Assembly: GCA_963723005.1 (NCBI GenBank)
Contig: CAVRPA010000008.1
Span: forward strand, 584,479 to 648,478
Direction: 5' to 3'
DNA: 64,000 nt
From: an uncultured Acidobacteriota bacterium
GTDB taxonomy: Bacteria > Acidobacteriota > Vicinamibacteria > Vicinamibacterales > UBA2999
Positions 51,343 through 59,983 of this stretch are shown one piece after another. The translations under genes were made by a program, and so were the position numbers. Under the pieces are notes generated by a model. The model had not been told where the DNA came from. It searched no databases and saw nothing but the letters and a program-made list of their open reading frames with translations. Each line of letters opens with the position of its first letter. Position 1 is the stretch's first letter.

Positions 51343-52472
51343 GTGCACGCAGAGTTCGTAATCGTCGGCGGCGGCATCTATGGCGCGGCCACGGCGCTCG
51401 CCCTCGCCCGCCGCGGTGCCGACGTGCTGGTGCTGGAAGCCCGGGACATCGCGTGCGGGGCATCAGGCGGTCTCGGCAAGCGTGGCGTCCGCGCCAATGG
51501 CCGCGACATCCGCGAGCTGCCGCTGATGCGCCTTGCCTACGAGCAGTGGCCGACGCTCGATGCGGAGCTTGGAGCGCCCACCGGCTACGAACGCATCGGC
51601 CACTTGCAGCTGTACGAGCGTCATCACGACATCGGCGGGCGCCGCGATCCGCGCGCGCGTGCAAACCGCCCTCGGGATCCAGACGAAGCACCTGGAGGGC
51701 GAGCGCGTGCGCGACGTCGAGCCCGGCCTCGGCGCGCAGGTGCTGGGCGGACTGCATGCTCCGCTCGACGGCGTCGCCGATCACGAGGCGACCACGCACG
51801 CCTACGCCAGGGCCGCGGAACGCGCCGGCGCAAGAATCCGCACCAACGCCCGCGTCGCCGCCATCTCGCACGGCGTCGGGACGCGTGCACGCCGTCACGC
51901 TGGACGATGGTTCGTCCATCGCCGTGGGACGCGACCTGCTGCTGCTCGCCAACGGCGGGATGGGCGGCCTGCTCGAGGATCAGCTGCAGTGCCGCCTCCC
52001 GGTGTGGACGGTGTTTCCGCAGGTAGTGCGTTCGACGCCGGCAGCCGCCGCGCCGTTCCACTCGCTGATCGGCCACCTGCACAGGCCGGTGGCCCTCAAG
52101 ATGATTCCGGGTGGATCGGTGATGCTCTCGGGCGGATGGCGCGGCCGCTGGAATCCCGAGAGCGGGCGCGGGGAGGCCATCGCGAAATCGGTGACCGGCA
52201 ACTGGGCCGAAGCCGTGTCGCTGTTTCCGGCGATCGGCGAGTTGCAGGTTGCGGAGTCGATGGCGGATCGGGCGGAGACCACCAGTCTCGACCTGGTGCC
52301 CGTCATCGATCGCGTCCCCGGCGTGTCGAACGCGCTGGTCGCGGCCGGGTGGTCCGGCCACGGCTGGGCGATTGCGCCGGCGGTGGCGCCGCTTCTCGCC
52401 GACTGGGCACTGACCGGTGAGGTCCCCGAGCTGCTGCAGCCGTTTGCGTTGTCGCGTTTCCCGTCGATCTAG
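51343..52472 (+). pseudogene. FAD-dependent oxidoreductase (DAO / sarcosine-oxidase-beta-like) spread over three frames
   Basis: 'FVIVGGGIYGAATALALARRGADVLVLEA' is a dinucleotide fold in ORF 51343..52026. The middle part is in ORF 51533..52420 ('AAIRARVQTALGIQTKHLEG...'). The C-terminal part is in ORF 51453..52472 ('GRVHAVTLDDGSSIAVGRDLLLLANGG...AAGWSGHGWAIAP'). Frame changes at about 51630 and about 51865. Confidence 0.7.
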
Positions 52473-52487
52473 CCGCCGCTCTCGCGC

Positions 52488-53810
52488 CTAAGCGGCCACG
52501 GCCGGACGACCGGGCCAGAAGTAGACGAGCAGCGTCGTGGCCGTCACTGCCGCCAGCATCGGCCACAGTCCGAATTGCACCAGCAGCAGCGGCATGGTCG
52601 CGGTCACGAGGCCGCCGCCGAGGAGCGGCGAAGTGATCATCGAACGCGCGGCGAACGCCTGCGCCGCCGTCGTGCGATTGTCCGGATCGACGATGCGCAG
52701 CAGCATGAGCCCCACCGCCGCCACGCCCGTCAGCGTGCCGTAGACCACGATGCCCTGCTCGAACCAGTCCTCGCGCAGCATCCGCGGGGCCAGCAGCAGG
52801 AACGAAACCACGCACCAGATGATGCCCGCGATCATCAGCAGCGTGAACGGGACCACGTTCTGCAGGAACAGGTCGAGCTGCATCGAGGCGATCGCCGCGG
52901 TGACGAGCAGGTCCAGGCAGAGCCCGGTGATGCGCTGGAACGTGGCGCGATCGAAATAGGTGGCCGCGCCCAGGCGATCGGCCGTGGCCTGGATCAGCAT
53001 CCCGCCGATCATCGCCAGCGGAAACAGCGGGAAGCCGTCGAGCGACGGGTGGATGGCCCGAACGCCGAGCAGGATCACCCAGCCCACCAGCGCCGCCAGC
53101 GACACGATCGCCAGGTGCAGGGTCAGCGGCTCGAGCACGTCGCCGGTGATCGTCCCCATGGCAATCGGCCGCCGCGCGGCTGGCGGCACCAGCCCTGCGC
53201 CGCCCGATGGGACTCCGCCGTCGAGGTCCGCGCCGACCGACGTGAAGCCGCGTCGCACGCCGTACTGAATCAGCGCCACGCCACCGACGACGCTGGTGAT
53301 GATGCCGACCGTGGCGGACATCTGTCCCAGCGGGCCGCCGGCGGGGAAGCCGAGCGACGCGAACACGCTGGTCATGGCGCCTGCGGTTCCATGGCCGCCG
53401 GAGAAGCCCACTTCGAGCAGGCAGGCAAACAGCGCCGGTGTGCCGAACAGCGGCCCGAGCACCAACCCCGTCAGCAGCAACCCGACGATGTACTGCCCGA
53501 GCGCGCCGACCACCGTGAAGCGCACCAACGGCCCGCCCAGGCGCGCGATTGTGGCGAACGACGGAACCGCCACGCCCAGGAACAATCCCGCGAACACGAA
53601 GTTGATCAGGATCGACGGCAGCGTCGTCCAGATCGCGAAGATGTCGCGTGGCACGAGGTCGAGGCCGAACGGGCCGGCCGCCACCCCGACGAAGCCGCCG
53701 ACGAGCGGCACGGGCAGCGCCAGGCGCCGCAGCAGCGGGATGCCAAGCCAGAGGAGCAGCCCCGAGAGCAGCAGCAGACCAAGGCCTCCAAGGGCCAGCA
53801 GCACGATCAT
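52488..53810 (-). CDS. gltS: sodium/glutamate symporter (ESS family)
   Basis: 440-aa polytopic protein with 'LPVPLVGGFVG', 'LINFVFAGLFLG' and 'FSGGHGTAGAM' GltS-like segments. Confidence 0.75.
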   Translation of the reverse strand: MIVLLALGGLGLLLLSGLLLWLGIPLLRRLALPVPLVGGFVGVAAGPFGLDLVPRDIFAIWTTLPSILINFVFAGLFLGVAVPSFATIARLGGPLVRFTVVGALGQYIVGLLLTGLVLGPLFGTPALFACLLEVGFSGGHGTAGAMTSVFASLGFPAGGPLGQMSATVGIITSVVGGVALIQYGVRRGFTSVGADLDGGVPSGGAGLVPPAARRPIAMGTITGDVLEPLTLHLAIVSLAALVGWVILLGVRAIHPSLDGFPLFPLAMIGGMLIQATADRLGAATYFDRATFQRITGLCLDLLVTAAIASMQLDLFLQNVVPFTLLMIAGIIWCVVSFLLLAPRMLREDWFEQGIVVYGTLTGVAAVGLMLLRIVDPDNRTTAAQAFAARSMITSPLLGGGLVTATMPLLLVQFGLWPMLAAVTATTLLVYFWPGRPAVAA

Positions 53811-53919
53811 GGTGGGCCGCTCCCGTGAAACGGCCGAGCCACCATACCATGCGGATTTCGATTACGATCCCCCGTCCCCGTTGGTGACGCGTCGTTCGTG
53901 CATTCCCTGGAGGTAAGCG

Positions 53920-55068
53920 GTGAGACGTGTATTCCTTGCGCTCGTGCTCGTCGGTGTGACGATGGCTCCGGCCGTCGCGCAGACCGTTCCGGAACTTCCA
54001 TTCCAGTCCGTGACAGATCCGCTGACCCTGCCGCCCGATGTCCACTTCGGTGAGATCGCGGGCGTCGCGGTCAACTCGAAGGGGCACGTGTTCGTGTTCT
54101 CCCGCGGCAACTCCGTCGGCCCGGCCTACATGGCGACGGCCGCGCAGTTGCTGGAGTTCGACCAGGCCGGCAAGTTCGTCCGCGAGATCGGCAAGAACCT
54201 GTTTGCCTGGGCCTACGCCCATGCGGTCCGCATCGACAAGCAGGACAACATCTGGGTGGTGGACAAGGGCTCGAACATGATCCTGAAGTTGAACCCGCAG
54301 GGGCGGGTCGTCTGGGTGTTCGGCCGCAAGGGCGAATCGTCGCATCTCGACGTGCCGCCCGATTACGCCTCGCAGCTGGGGAACCTGCTGAAGCGGGCCG
54401 GCGTCGCCGTGACGATTCCAGAGAACAACAACCCGCGCAACCCGGTGCCGGTGCACCGCGACAACGTGTTCAACCAGCCGACCGACGTGGCGTGGGACTC
54501 GCAGGGCAACTCCTACTTCACCGACGGCTACGTCAATTCGCGCGTCGCCAAGGTCAATGCCAAGGGCGAGTGGGTGGCGAGCTGGGGCGCGCTCGGGAAG
54601 GGGCCCGGCGAATTCGACACGCCGCACGGCATCGCCGTGTCGCCGAAGGACGAAATCTACGTGGCGGATCGCGGCAACCGGCGCATCCAGGTGCTCGACA
54701 CCGAGGGCAAGTTCCTGCGCGAGTTCATCATCGACGTGCCGGTAGACGTGAAGCGCGGGAAGATCACCTACGGTGCGGAGACGCCGAATGCGAAGACCGG
54801 ATCGCAGGCGCCCGGCGCGCCGGACGCGCTGTGCATGACGCCGGGGCCGAACCCGGTGCTGTTCGTCGGCGACCTCTACCCGAGCCGCATCTACAAGGTG
54901 TCGCTCGAGGGGAAGGTGCTCGGGGTCTACGGGCAGCCGGGCCGCAACCTCGGCGAGTTCGGCTGGATCCACGCGATTGCCTGCCCCTCGGAGAACGAGA
55001 TCTGGGTGGGCGAGCTGATCAACTGGCGCGTGCAGAAGCTCGTGACCAAGGGCACCAGCAGCCGCTAG
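53920..55068 (+). CDS. secreted NHL-repeat six-bladed beta-propeller protein (peptidyl-alpha-hydroxyglycine lyase-like)
   Basis: Signal peptide MRRVFLALVLVGVTMAPAVAQ. Repeated 'F.QPTDVAWDSQGNSYFTD', 'FDTPHGIAVSPKDEIYVADRGNRRIQV' and 'WIHAIACPSENEIWVGE' NHL units. Confidence 0.75.
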   Translation: MRRVFLALVLVGVTMAPAVAQTVPELPFQSVTDPLTLPPDVHFGEIAGVAVNSKGHVFVFSRGNSVGPAYMATAAQLLEFDQAGKFVREIGKNLFAWAYAHAVRIDKQDNIWVVDKGSNMILKLNPQGRVVWVFGRKGESSHLDVPPDYASQLGNLLKRAGVAVTIPENNNPRNPVPVHRDNVFNQPTDVAWDSQGNSYFTDGYVNSRVAKVNAKGEWVASWGALGKGPGEFDTPHGIAVSPKDEIYVADRGNRRIQVLDTEGKFLREFIIDVPVDVKRGKITYGAETPNAKTGSQAPGAPDALCMTPGPNPVLFVGDLYPSRIYKVSLEGKVLGVYGQPGRNLGEFGWIHAIACPSENEIWVGELINWRVQKLVTKGTSSR

Positions 55069-55100
55069 ACGCAATCACCCGAATCCGGGCGGCGCGTCAG

Positions 55101-56147
55101 TCACGCGCGTCGCCCGGCTCCGGTCAGCTCGATCCTCGTGGGCAGGAACATCCGGCGGTACAGCCCCGGCGTGACGCCCACCATCCGCTTGAACAGCCGC
55201 CGGAAGAACGACGCGTCCGAATAGCCCACCACCGCGCCGATCTCTTCCGCTGCGCGATCGCTGGCTTCCAGCATCCGCTTGGCTTCCTCGATCCGCAGGT
55301 TCTGCAGGTACTCGATCAGCGAACAGCCGGTGGCGGCCTTGAAGCGCCGCTTGAGCGTGCGCTCGGGGATTCTCGCGTAGGCCACCGCCTCGCTCACCGC
55401 TTCGACATCGCGGAAGTTCTCCTGCAGCCAGGCTTCGCACCGCCTGACGGCGGCGTCTCCGTGCGGCAGGCGGCGGACGAGCGCGGCATAGGGCAGGTCG
55501 CCTTCGTCGTGCCACTTGAGCAGGTAGACCTTGGCGATCCGCATCGCCTCTCCCGGGCTGGCGTGCCGCGCGATGATGTGCAGCGCCAGGTCGTGCCACG
55601 ACGTGGTCCCGCCCGCGGTGACGATGCGCCCGGCAGGATCGGCGAGCACGAGGTTGGGCGCGGGGTCGAAGCGCACCTTCGGGTAGTGCGTGCGAAAGAG
55701 ATCCTGATAGCCCCAGTGCGACGTCGCCGGGCACCCGTCGAGCAGCCCGGTCTCCGCCAGCATGATTGAACCCGAGCACGCCGAGTAGAGCGTGGCGCCG
55801 ACCCGGTAACGCTGCCGCAGCCACTCCACCAGCGCCGGATGCCGGCCGTGCATCGGCTCGTCCGGTCCCAGCCACAACTCCGGCAGGATCACGACCGGCG
55901 CGGCAGGGGCCGTGGCGATGTCGAAATCCGGGTGGACGGGAATGCCGTTGCCGCAGGTGAACGGCCTCGACTCGACAGAGACGATTCGCACCCGGAACAG
56001 CTGCCGCGATGTCTCGCGAACGAGCGTCTGCCAGAGGTTTCCGGCCGCCGACAGGACGTCGATGAGCCCGTAGAGCGCGGAAGCCGCGGTTTCGGGCACC
56101 GCCACGATGAGGATGTCGAGCGGTTGAAGAGACTCGGCGTTTGCCAC
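55101..56147 (-). CDS. GlxA-family (DJ-1/PfpI domain + AraC HTH) transcriptional regulator, GbdR/CdhR-like
   Basis: N-terminal GATase1-like 'ILIVAVPETAASALYGLIDVL...CSGSIMLAETGLLDG'. C-terminal AraC 'YSDASFFRRLFKRMVGVTPGLYRR'. GTG start. Confidence 0.85.
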   Translation of the reverse strand: MANAESLQPLDILIVAVPETAASALYGLIDVLSAAGNLWQTLVRETSRQLFRVRIVSVESRPFTCGNGIPVHPDFDIATAPAAPVVILPELWLGPDEPMHGRHPALVEWLRQRYRVGATLYSACSGSIMLAETGLLDGCPATSHWGYQDLFRTHYPKVRFDPAPNLVLADPAGRIVTAGGTTSWHDLALHIIARHASPGEAMRIAKVYLLKWHDEGDLPYAALVRRLPHGDAAVRRCEAWLQENFRDVEAVSEAVAYARIPERTLKRRFKAATGCSLIEYLQNLRIEEAKRMLEASDRAAEEIGAVVGYSDASFFRRLFKRMVGVTPGLYRRMFLPTRIELTGAGRRA

Positions 56148-56159
56148 ATGGCGATTTGT

Positions 56160-56234
56160 GGCACAAAAAGCACTATTTAGTCAAATTAGCAGATTATTGG
56201 ACATTGTTTATGCATTTAAAGTGCTGTTTGTGCC
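56160..56234. promoter_or_regulatory. 15-nt inverted repeat GGCACAAAAAGCACT / AGTGCTGTTTGTGCC in an AT-rich divergent promoter region
   Basis: Arms at 56160-56174 and 56220-56234 (14/15 complementary) are separated by a 45-nt AT-rich core. The surrounding region (56150-56260) is far below the window's GC content. Confidence 0.5.
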
Positions 56235-56394
56235 GAATGGCATGTTGTCAACGGAAACAATCCCGGCTCTCGAGGAACATTGCCGGCAGCCGTTCGTGGG
56301 GCCCTTGGAGGCGTGCTCGAGGTCCCTTTTCTTCTCGCCGCGGTGCTACCATCGCGCCCGCCACCGTCGCGGTAACGGCACTGCTGGAGACACC

Positions 56395-57192
56395 ATGGCT
56401 CTCCCGGACTATGCGATGCGGCAGCCGTCCTTCCCTGAGATGTACGAGCGCTTGCTCGTGCAACCCCTCTTCCGGCCCTTCGCCGAATCCGTGCTCGATC
56501 GCGTCAACCTCACGCCCGGGGATCGCGTCCTCGACATCGCCTGCGGCACCGGCATCGTCGCCCGCCTCGCCCGAGAGCGCATGGGCGGCGGAACCGTTGT
56601 CGGTGTGGACCTGAGCCCGCAGATGCTGGCGGTGGCCAGCGCCGTCGCGCCGGAGATCGAGTGGCGCGAAGGCTCGGCGCAGGCGTTACCGGTTGCTGAC
56701 GGCGAGCGGTTCGACCTCGTCTTGTGTCATCAAGGCTTGCAGTTCTTCGCCGACCAGCCGGCCGCGCTCCGCGAGATCAAACGGGTGCTGGCGCCGGGCG
56801 GCCGCGTGGCGGTGGCGACGTGGTGTTCGGTGGAGAACTCGCCGGTGCTCGGCGAGTTGCAGCGCGTGGCGGAACGCCATCTCGGCCCGATTGTCGATCA
56901 GCGCTACACCTTCGGCGGCGCCGCCGATCTCGAGGCGCTCCTGGTCGCGGCCGGCTTCAACAACGTCCGCGTCGAGACCGAGACGCGCACGGTGCGGTTC
57001 CCCGAGGGAAAGACCTTCGTGCGGATGAACACGATGGCGTTTGTCGGCATGAGCGCGGCGAAAGCGCTGGACGAGACGGCGCGCGCCGCGGTGGTGGACG
57101 CCATTGCCGTGGCCAGCATGGAGGCGGTGTCCCCGCACCTGCGCAACAACGAGCTGGTGTTCGACTTGAGCAGCAATCTGGCGACGGCTTGA
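56395..57192 (+). CDS. class I SAM-dependent methyltransferase
   Basis: 'VLDIACGTGIVARLA' motif I and 'LAPGGRVAVATW' post-I/II. ATG at 56395 inside ORF 56158..57192. Confidence 0.8.
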   Translation: MALPDYAMRQPSFPEMYERLLVQPLFRPFAESVLDRVNLTPGDRVLDIACGTGIVARLARERMGGGTVVGVDLSPQMLAVASAVAPEIEWREGSAQALPVADGERFDLVLCHQGLQFFADQPAALREIKRVLAPGGRVAVATWCSVENSPVLGELQRVAERHLGPIVDQRYTFGGAADLEALLVAAGFNNVRVETETRTVRFPEGKTFVRMNTMAFVGMSAAKALDETARAAVVDAIAVASMEAVSPHLRNNELVFDLSSNLATA

Positions 57193-57249
57193 GGCCGCCC
57201 CGCCGAGGCCTGGCGGCCGGGTTTACTCGACCCGCCGGCCGCACCCGGC

Positions 57250-57696
57250 TCAGGAGGCGCTCTTCTCCGCGTCGTGAATCTTGGCCACGCGTCCCTCGTG
57301 GCGCCCGCCCTGGAACGGCGTGGTCAGGAAGATTTTGAGAATCTCCTCGGCCCGATCCGGCGCCAGCATCCGTGCGCCCAGCGTCAGGACGTTGAGGTCG
57401 TTGTGCTCGCGCGACAGCCGGGCGGTCTCCTCGTCGGTAATCGCCGCGGCGCGAATCCCCGGCACCTTGTTCGCGGTGATCGCCATGCCGACGCCGCTGC
57501 CGCAGACCAGGACGCCGCGGTCGAAGCGGCCATCGTGGACGCCGCGCGCCACCGCCACCGCAAAGTCGGGGTAGTCCACCGAGGCTGGACCATTCGTGCC
57601 GACGTCCTCGTAGGCCACGCCCATGGCGTCCAGCGTCCGCTTCAGCTCGTCCTTCAACACCACTCCCGCGTGATCGGCACCAATCGCAACTCGCAT
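57250..57696 (-). CDS. rpiB: ribose-5-phosphate isomerase B
   Basis: 'MRVAIGADHAG...LVCGSGVGMAITANK...LTLGAR'. 148 aa. Confidence 0.9.
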   Translation of the reverse strand: MRVAIGADHAGVVLKDELKRTLDAMGVAYEDVGTNGPASVDYPDFAVAVARGVHDGRFDRGVLVCGSGVGMAITANKVPGIRAAAITDEETARLSREHNDLNVLTLGARMLAPDRAEEILKIFLTTPFQGGRHEGRVAKIHDAEKSAS

Positions 57697-57702
57697 GCAA
57701 GA

Positions 57703-57710
57703 AGTATAGG
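57703..57710. promoter_or_regulatory. AGTATAGG element, candidate shared -10 for divergent leaderless rpiB and the 57717 gene
   Basis: The intergenic region is 20 nt. TATAGG lies 6 nt before the plus-strand ATG at 57717. TATACT (complement of 57703-57708) lies 6 nt before the minus-strand ATG at 57696. Neither side has a Shine-Dalgarno sequence. Confidence 0.45.
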
Positions 57711-57716
57711 GGTAAG

Positions 57717-58295
57717 ATGCGCGGCATGCGAAGACGTACGCTGCTCCAGGCCATCGTCACCACGCTCCCCGCGCTGTCGTTCTCGCGCGTGCGGCTGAAC
57801 GCGCAGCTCCGGACGCTGACGCCGGAGGCGATCGCGACCCTGCAGGAGGTCGCGGCCACCGTGTTGCCGGCGTCGCTCGGTGCCGACAAGATTTCTCTCA
57901 CCGCCGATCGCTTCGTGGCCTGGACCAACGGCTACCAGGAAGGCATTCCGCTGCAGCACGGCTACGGCCACCCGCGGCTGGTGAAGACCGCGGCGTCCCC
58001 CGTTCCCGACTACGCGGCGCAGCTCGCGTCGATCGCCGCCGCCGCCCGCGCGCGCGGCGGCCGGTTCGGGTCGCTGCCGCTCGACGCGCGTCGCGCGCTG
58101 CTGGACGAGGCGCTGACGGCGGCGAACGTCACGCAGCTCCCCTCGCGCCCGAGCGGCGGCCACGTGGTCTCCGACCTGATGGCGTTCTACTTCCGCAGCA
58201 GCGAAGCCAACGACGTCGCCCATCGCGCGCGCATCGGGCGTCAGGTGTGCCGCCCGATCGAATTGACGACGCGACGCCCGACGTCCACAGCGTAA
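57717..58295 (+). CDS. gluconate 2-dehydrogenase subunit 3-family small subunit (Tat-type signal)
   Basis: 'MRRRTLLQAIVTTLPAL' is a twin-arginine-like leader. Size and position upstream of a GMC oxidoreductase fit this family. Family resemblance only. Confidence 0.6.
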   Translation: MRGMRRRTLLQAIVTTLPALSFSRVRLNAQLRTLTPEAIATLQEVAATVLPASLGADKISLTADRFVAWTNGYQEGIPLQHGYGHPRLVKTAASPVPDYAAQLASIAAAARARGGRFGSLPLDARRALLDEALTAANVTQLPSRPSGGHVVSDLMAFYFRSSEANDVAHRARIGRQVCRPIELTTRRPTSTA

Positions 58296-58300
58296 ACCTC

Positions 58301-58363
58301 AGGCCCCAAGCCCCAAGCCCCAAGCCCCAAGCCTCAAGACTCAAGACCCAAGACCCAAGACCT
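58301..58363 (+). repeat. nine phased heptads AGGCCCC, (AAGCCCC)x3, AAGCCTC, AAGACTC, (AAGACCC)x2, AAGACCT
   Basis: Counted from 6 nt after the stop (58293-58295) to 2 nt before the ATG at 58366. Confidence 0.85.
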
Positions 58364-58365
58364 GA

Positions 58366-59960
58366 ATGTCCCTCCACGAAAGCGACGTCTGCATCATCGG
58401 CGGAGGCATCACCTCGGCGATGCTCGCGAGGAAGCTCGCCAACCTCCGCCCCGGCACCACCATCACCATCGTCGAGGCGGGCCGCTCGATCTTCGACGTC
58501 GAGAATCGCGGAATGTACCGCGATCGCGCGCTGTCCTACGGCGAGCACCCGTGGCGAGACGACTACATCGAGGACCAGAAGGCCGAGGGCATCATCTCGA
58601 TGACCATGGCGGTGGGCGGGCTGGCGCTGCACTGGGGGGGCGCGTGCAACCGCTTCTCCGAGGAAGACCTGCGGCTCAAGTCGATGTACGGCCTGGCTGC
58701 CGACTGGCCGGTGGCCTGGGACGAGCTCGAGCGCTACTACGTGGAGGCGGAGCGGGCGCTGAACGTGGCCGGCGAGCCAAGCCCCTATCCGGAGGATCGG
58801 CGCTCCGGTCCCTACCCGCAGCCGGCGGTGCCGCTGTCCTACAACCTGCAGGTGCTGAAGACCTGGGCGGAGCAGAGCGGGCTGAAGTTCAATGCGCTGC
58901 CGATGGCGAGGAACCTGACGCCGGCCGACGGCCGCGGCAGTTGCTGCGTGTTCGACACCTGCGGCGACGTGTGTCCGTCCGGCGCCCGCTATTCACCCGA
59001 CTTCACCTTCCGTCAGCTGATCGAGCGCAAGCAGATTGTGCTGCACGATCGCACGCTGATCCGGAAGCTGACGCTCGACGAGTCGCGGCCGGTCGATTTC
59101 GGCGGCCATGGGCGTGCACCAGAATCGGCCCGGCGAGACCGAGGAGTACCGCGCGCGGCTCTTCGTGCTGGCGTCGGGCTACTGCTGGAGCTCGCACCTG
59201 CTGCTGCTCTCGGCGAACGTCGCGCTTCCCGGACGGGCTGGCCAATCGCTCCGGCCTGGTCGGGCGCTACATGACCGGGCATCCGTTCATCGAAGCGCGC
59301 GCGACCATCGACGACCAGACGTATCCGGGTCAGCACATGGTGCACAGCCTGATCTCGCGCGAGCACTTCCGCTGCGCGACGGACAAGCCGTTCGTGCGGC
59401 ACGACACGCGCGTGTGGGAGAGCTCGTCGGGCCGCGAGCCGCGGCTCCGCGGCGCCGACGGCCGCCTGCTGCTGGGCGACGAAGTGTTCGAGGACTGGCG
59501 GTCGCGCACCAAGGGCAGCTCCGTGCGTCTGCGCACCTACCTCGACATGCATCCCTCGGCCGACAGTCGCCTGACACTCGATGCCACCCGCAAGAACCGC
59601 TACGGCGATCCGATGCCATCGATCGTGCACCGCTACGACGAGGCCACGACCGCCCGCCAGGCGGCGTCGAAGCAGCACGTGCTGGATCTCTTCAACCGGA
59701 TGGCGCGCGCGAGCAACGGCAAGATCGTGAACACCAGCGAAGGGGACTACCTGGATCACCCCGCGGGTGGTTGCCGCATGGGCGCCGATCCCGCGACCAG
59801 CGTGTGCGACAGTTTCGGCCGCACACACGATCACGAGAACCTCTACGTCGTCGGCGCGCCGACGTTGCCGACCGGCGGCTGCACCAACGCCACGCTGACG
59901 TTCGTCGCGCTGACGTTGCGATCGTCCGAGCGCATCGCCGAGGCGCTCGGCCGCGCGTGA
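58366..59960 (+). pseudogene. GMC-family FAD oxidoreductase spread over three frames
   Basis: 'DVCIIGGGITSAMLARKL' is a dinucleotide fold in ORF 58366..59274. The middle part 'MGVHQNRPGETEEYRARLFVLASGYCWSSHLLLLS' is in ORF 59108..59974. The C-terminal part 'RFPDGLANRSGLVGRYMTGHP...HPAGGCRMG...NLYVVGAPTLPTGG' is in ORF 58551..59960. Frame changes at about 59090 and about 59220. Confidence 0.75.
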
Positions 59961-59983
59961 TCAACGGCCGCTGAGGCGCGGCG

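Noticed and set aside
48785-51952. 1055-aa minus-strand ORF suggesting a giant fusion protein
   Set aside because: Only the C-terminal 441 residues (APC permease, ATG 50110) and a central stretch (Rieske oxygenase N-terminal part) look coding. The remainder is Arg/Pro/Gly-rich read-through linking two separate genes and an out-of-frame spacer.
52303-55074. 923-aa minus-strand ORF; similar long ORFs at 40610..42850 (+), 15607..17733 (+), 15785..17236 (-), 9002..10648 (-) and 46772..48541 (-)
   Set aside because: All lie antisense or out of frame to genes with clear family motifs and have extreme Arg/Gly/Pro/His composition. I treat them as GC-driven artefacts.
56157-56174. TGGCAC...GCA resembling a sigma-54 (-24/-12) promoter
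   Set aside because: In TGGCACAAAAAGCAC the GG and GC dinucleotides are separated by 8 nt instead of the canonical 10. The same word recurs inverted 45 nt away, which fits an operator-type inverted repeat better.
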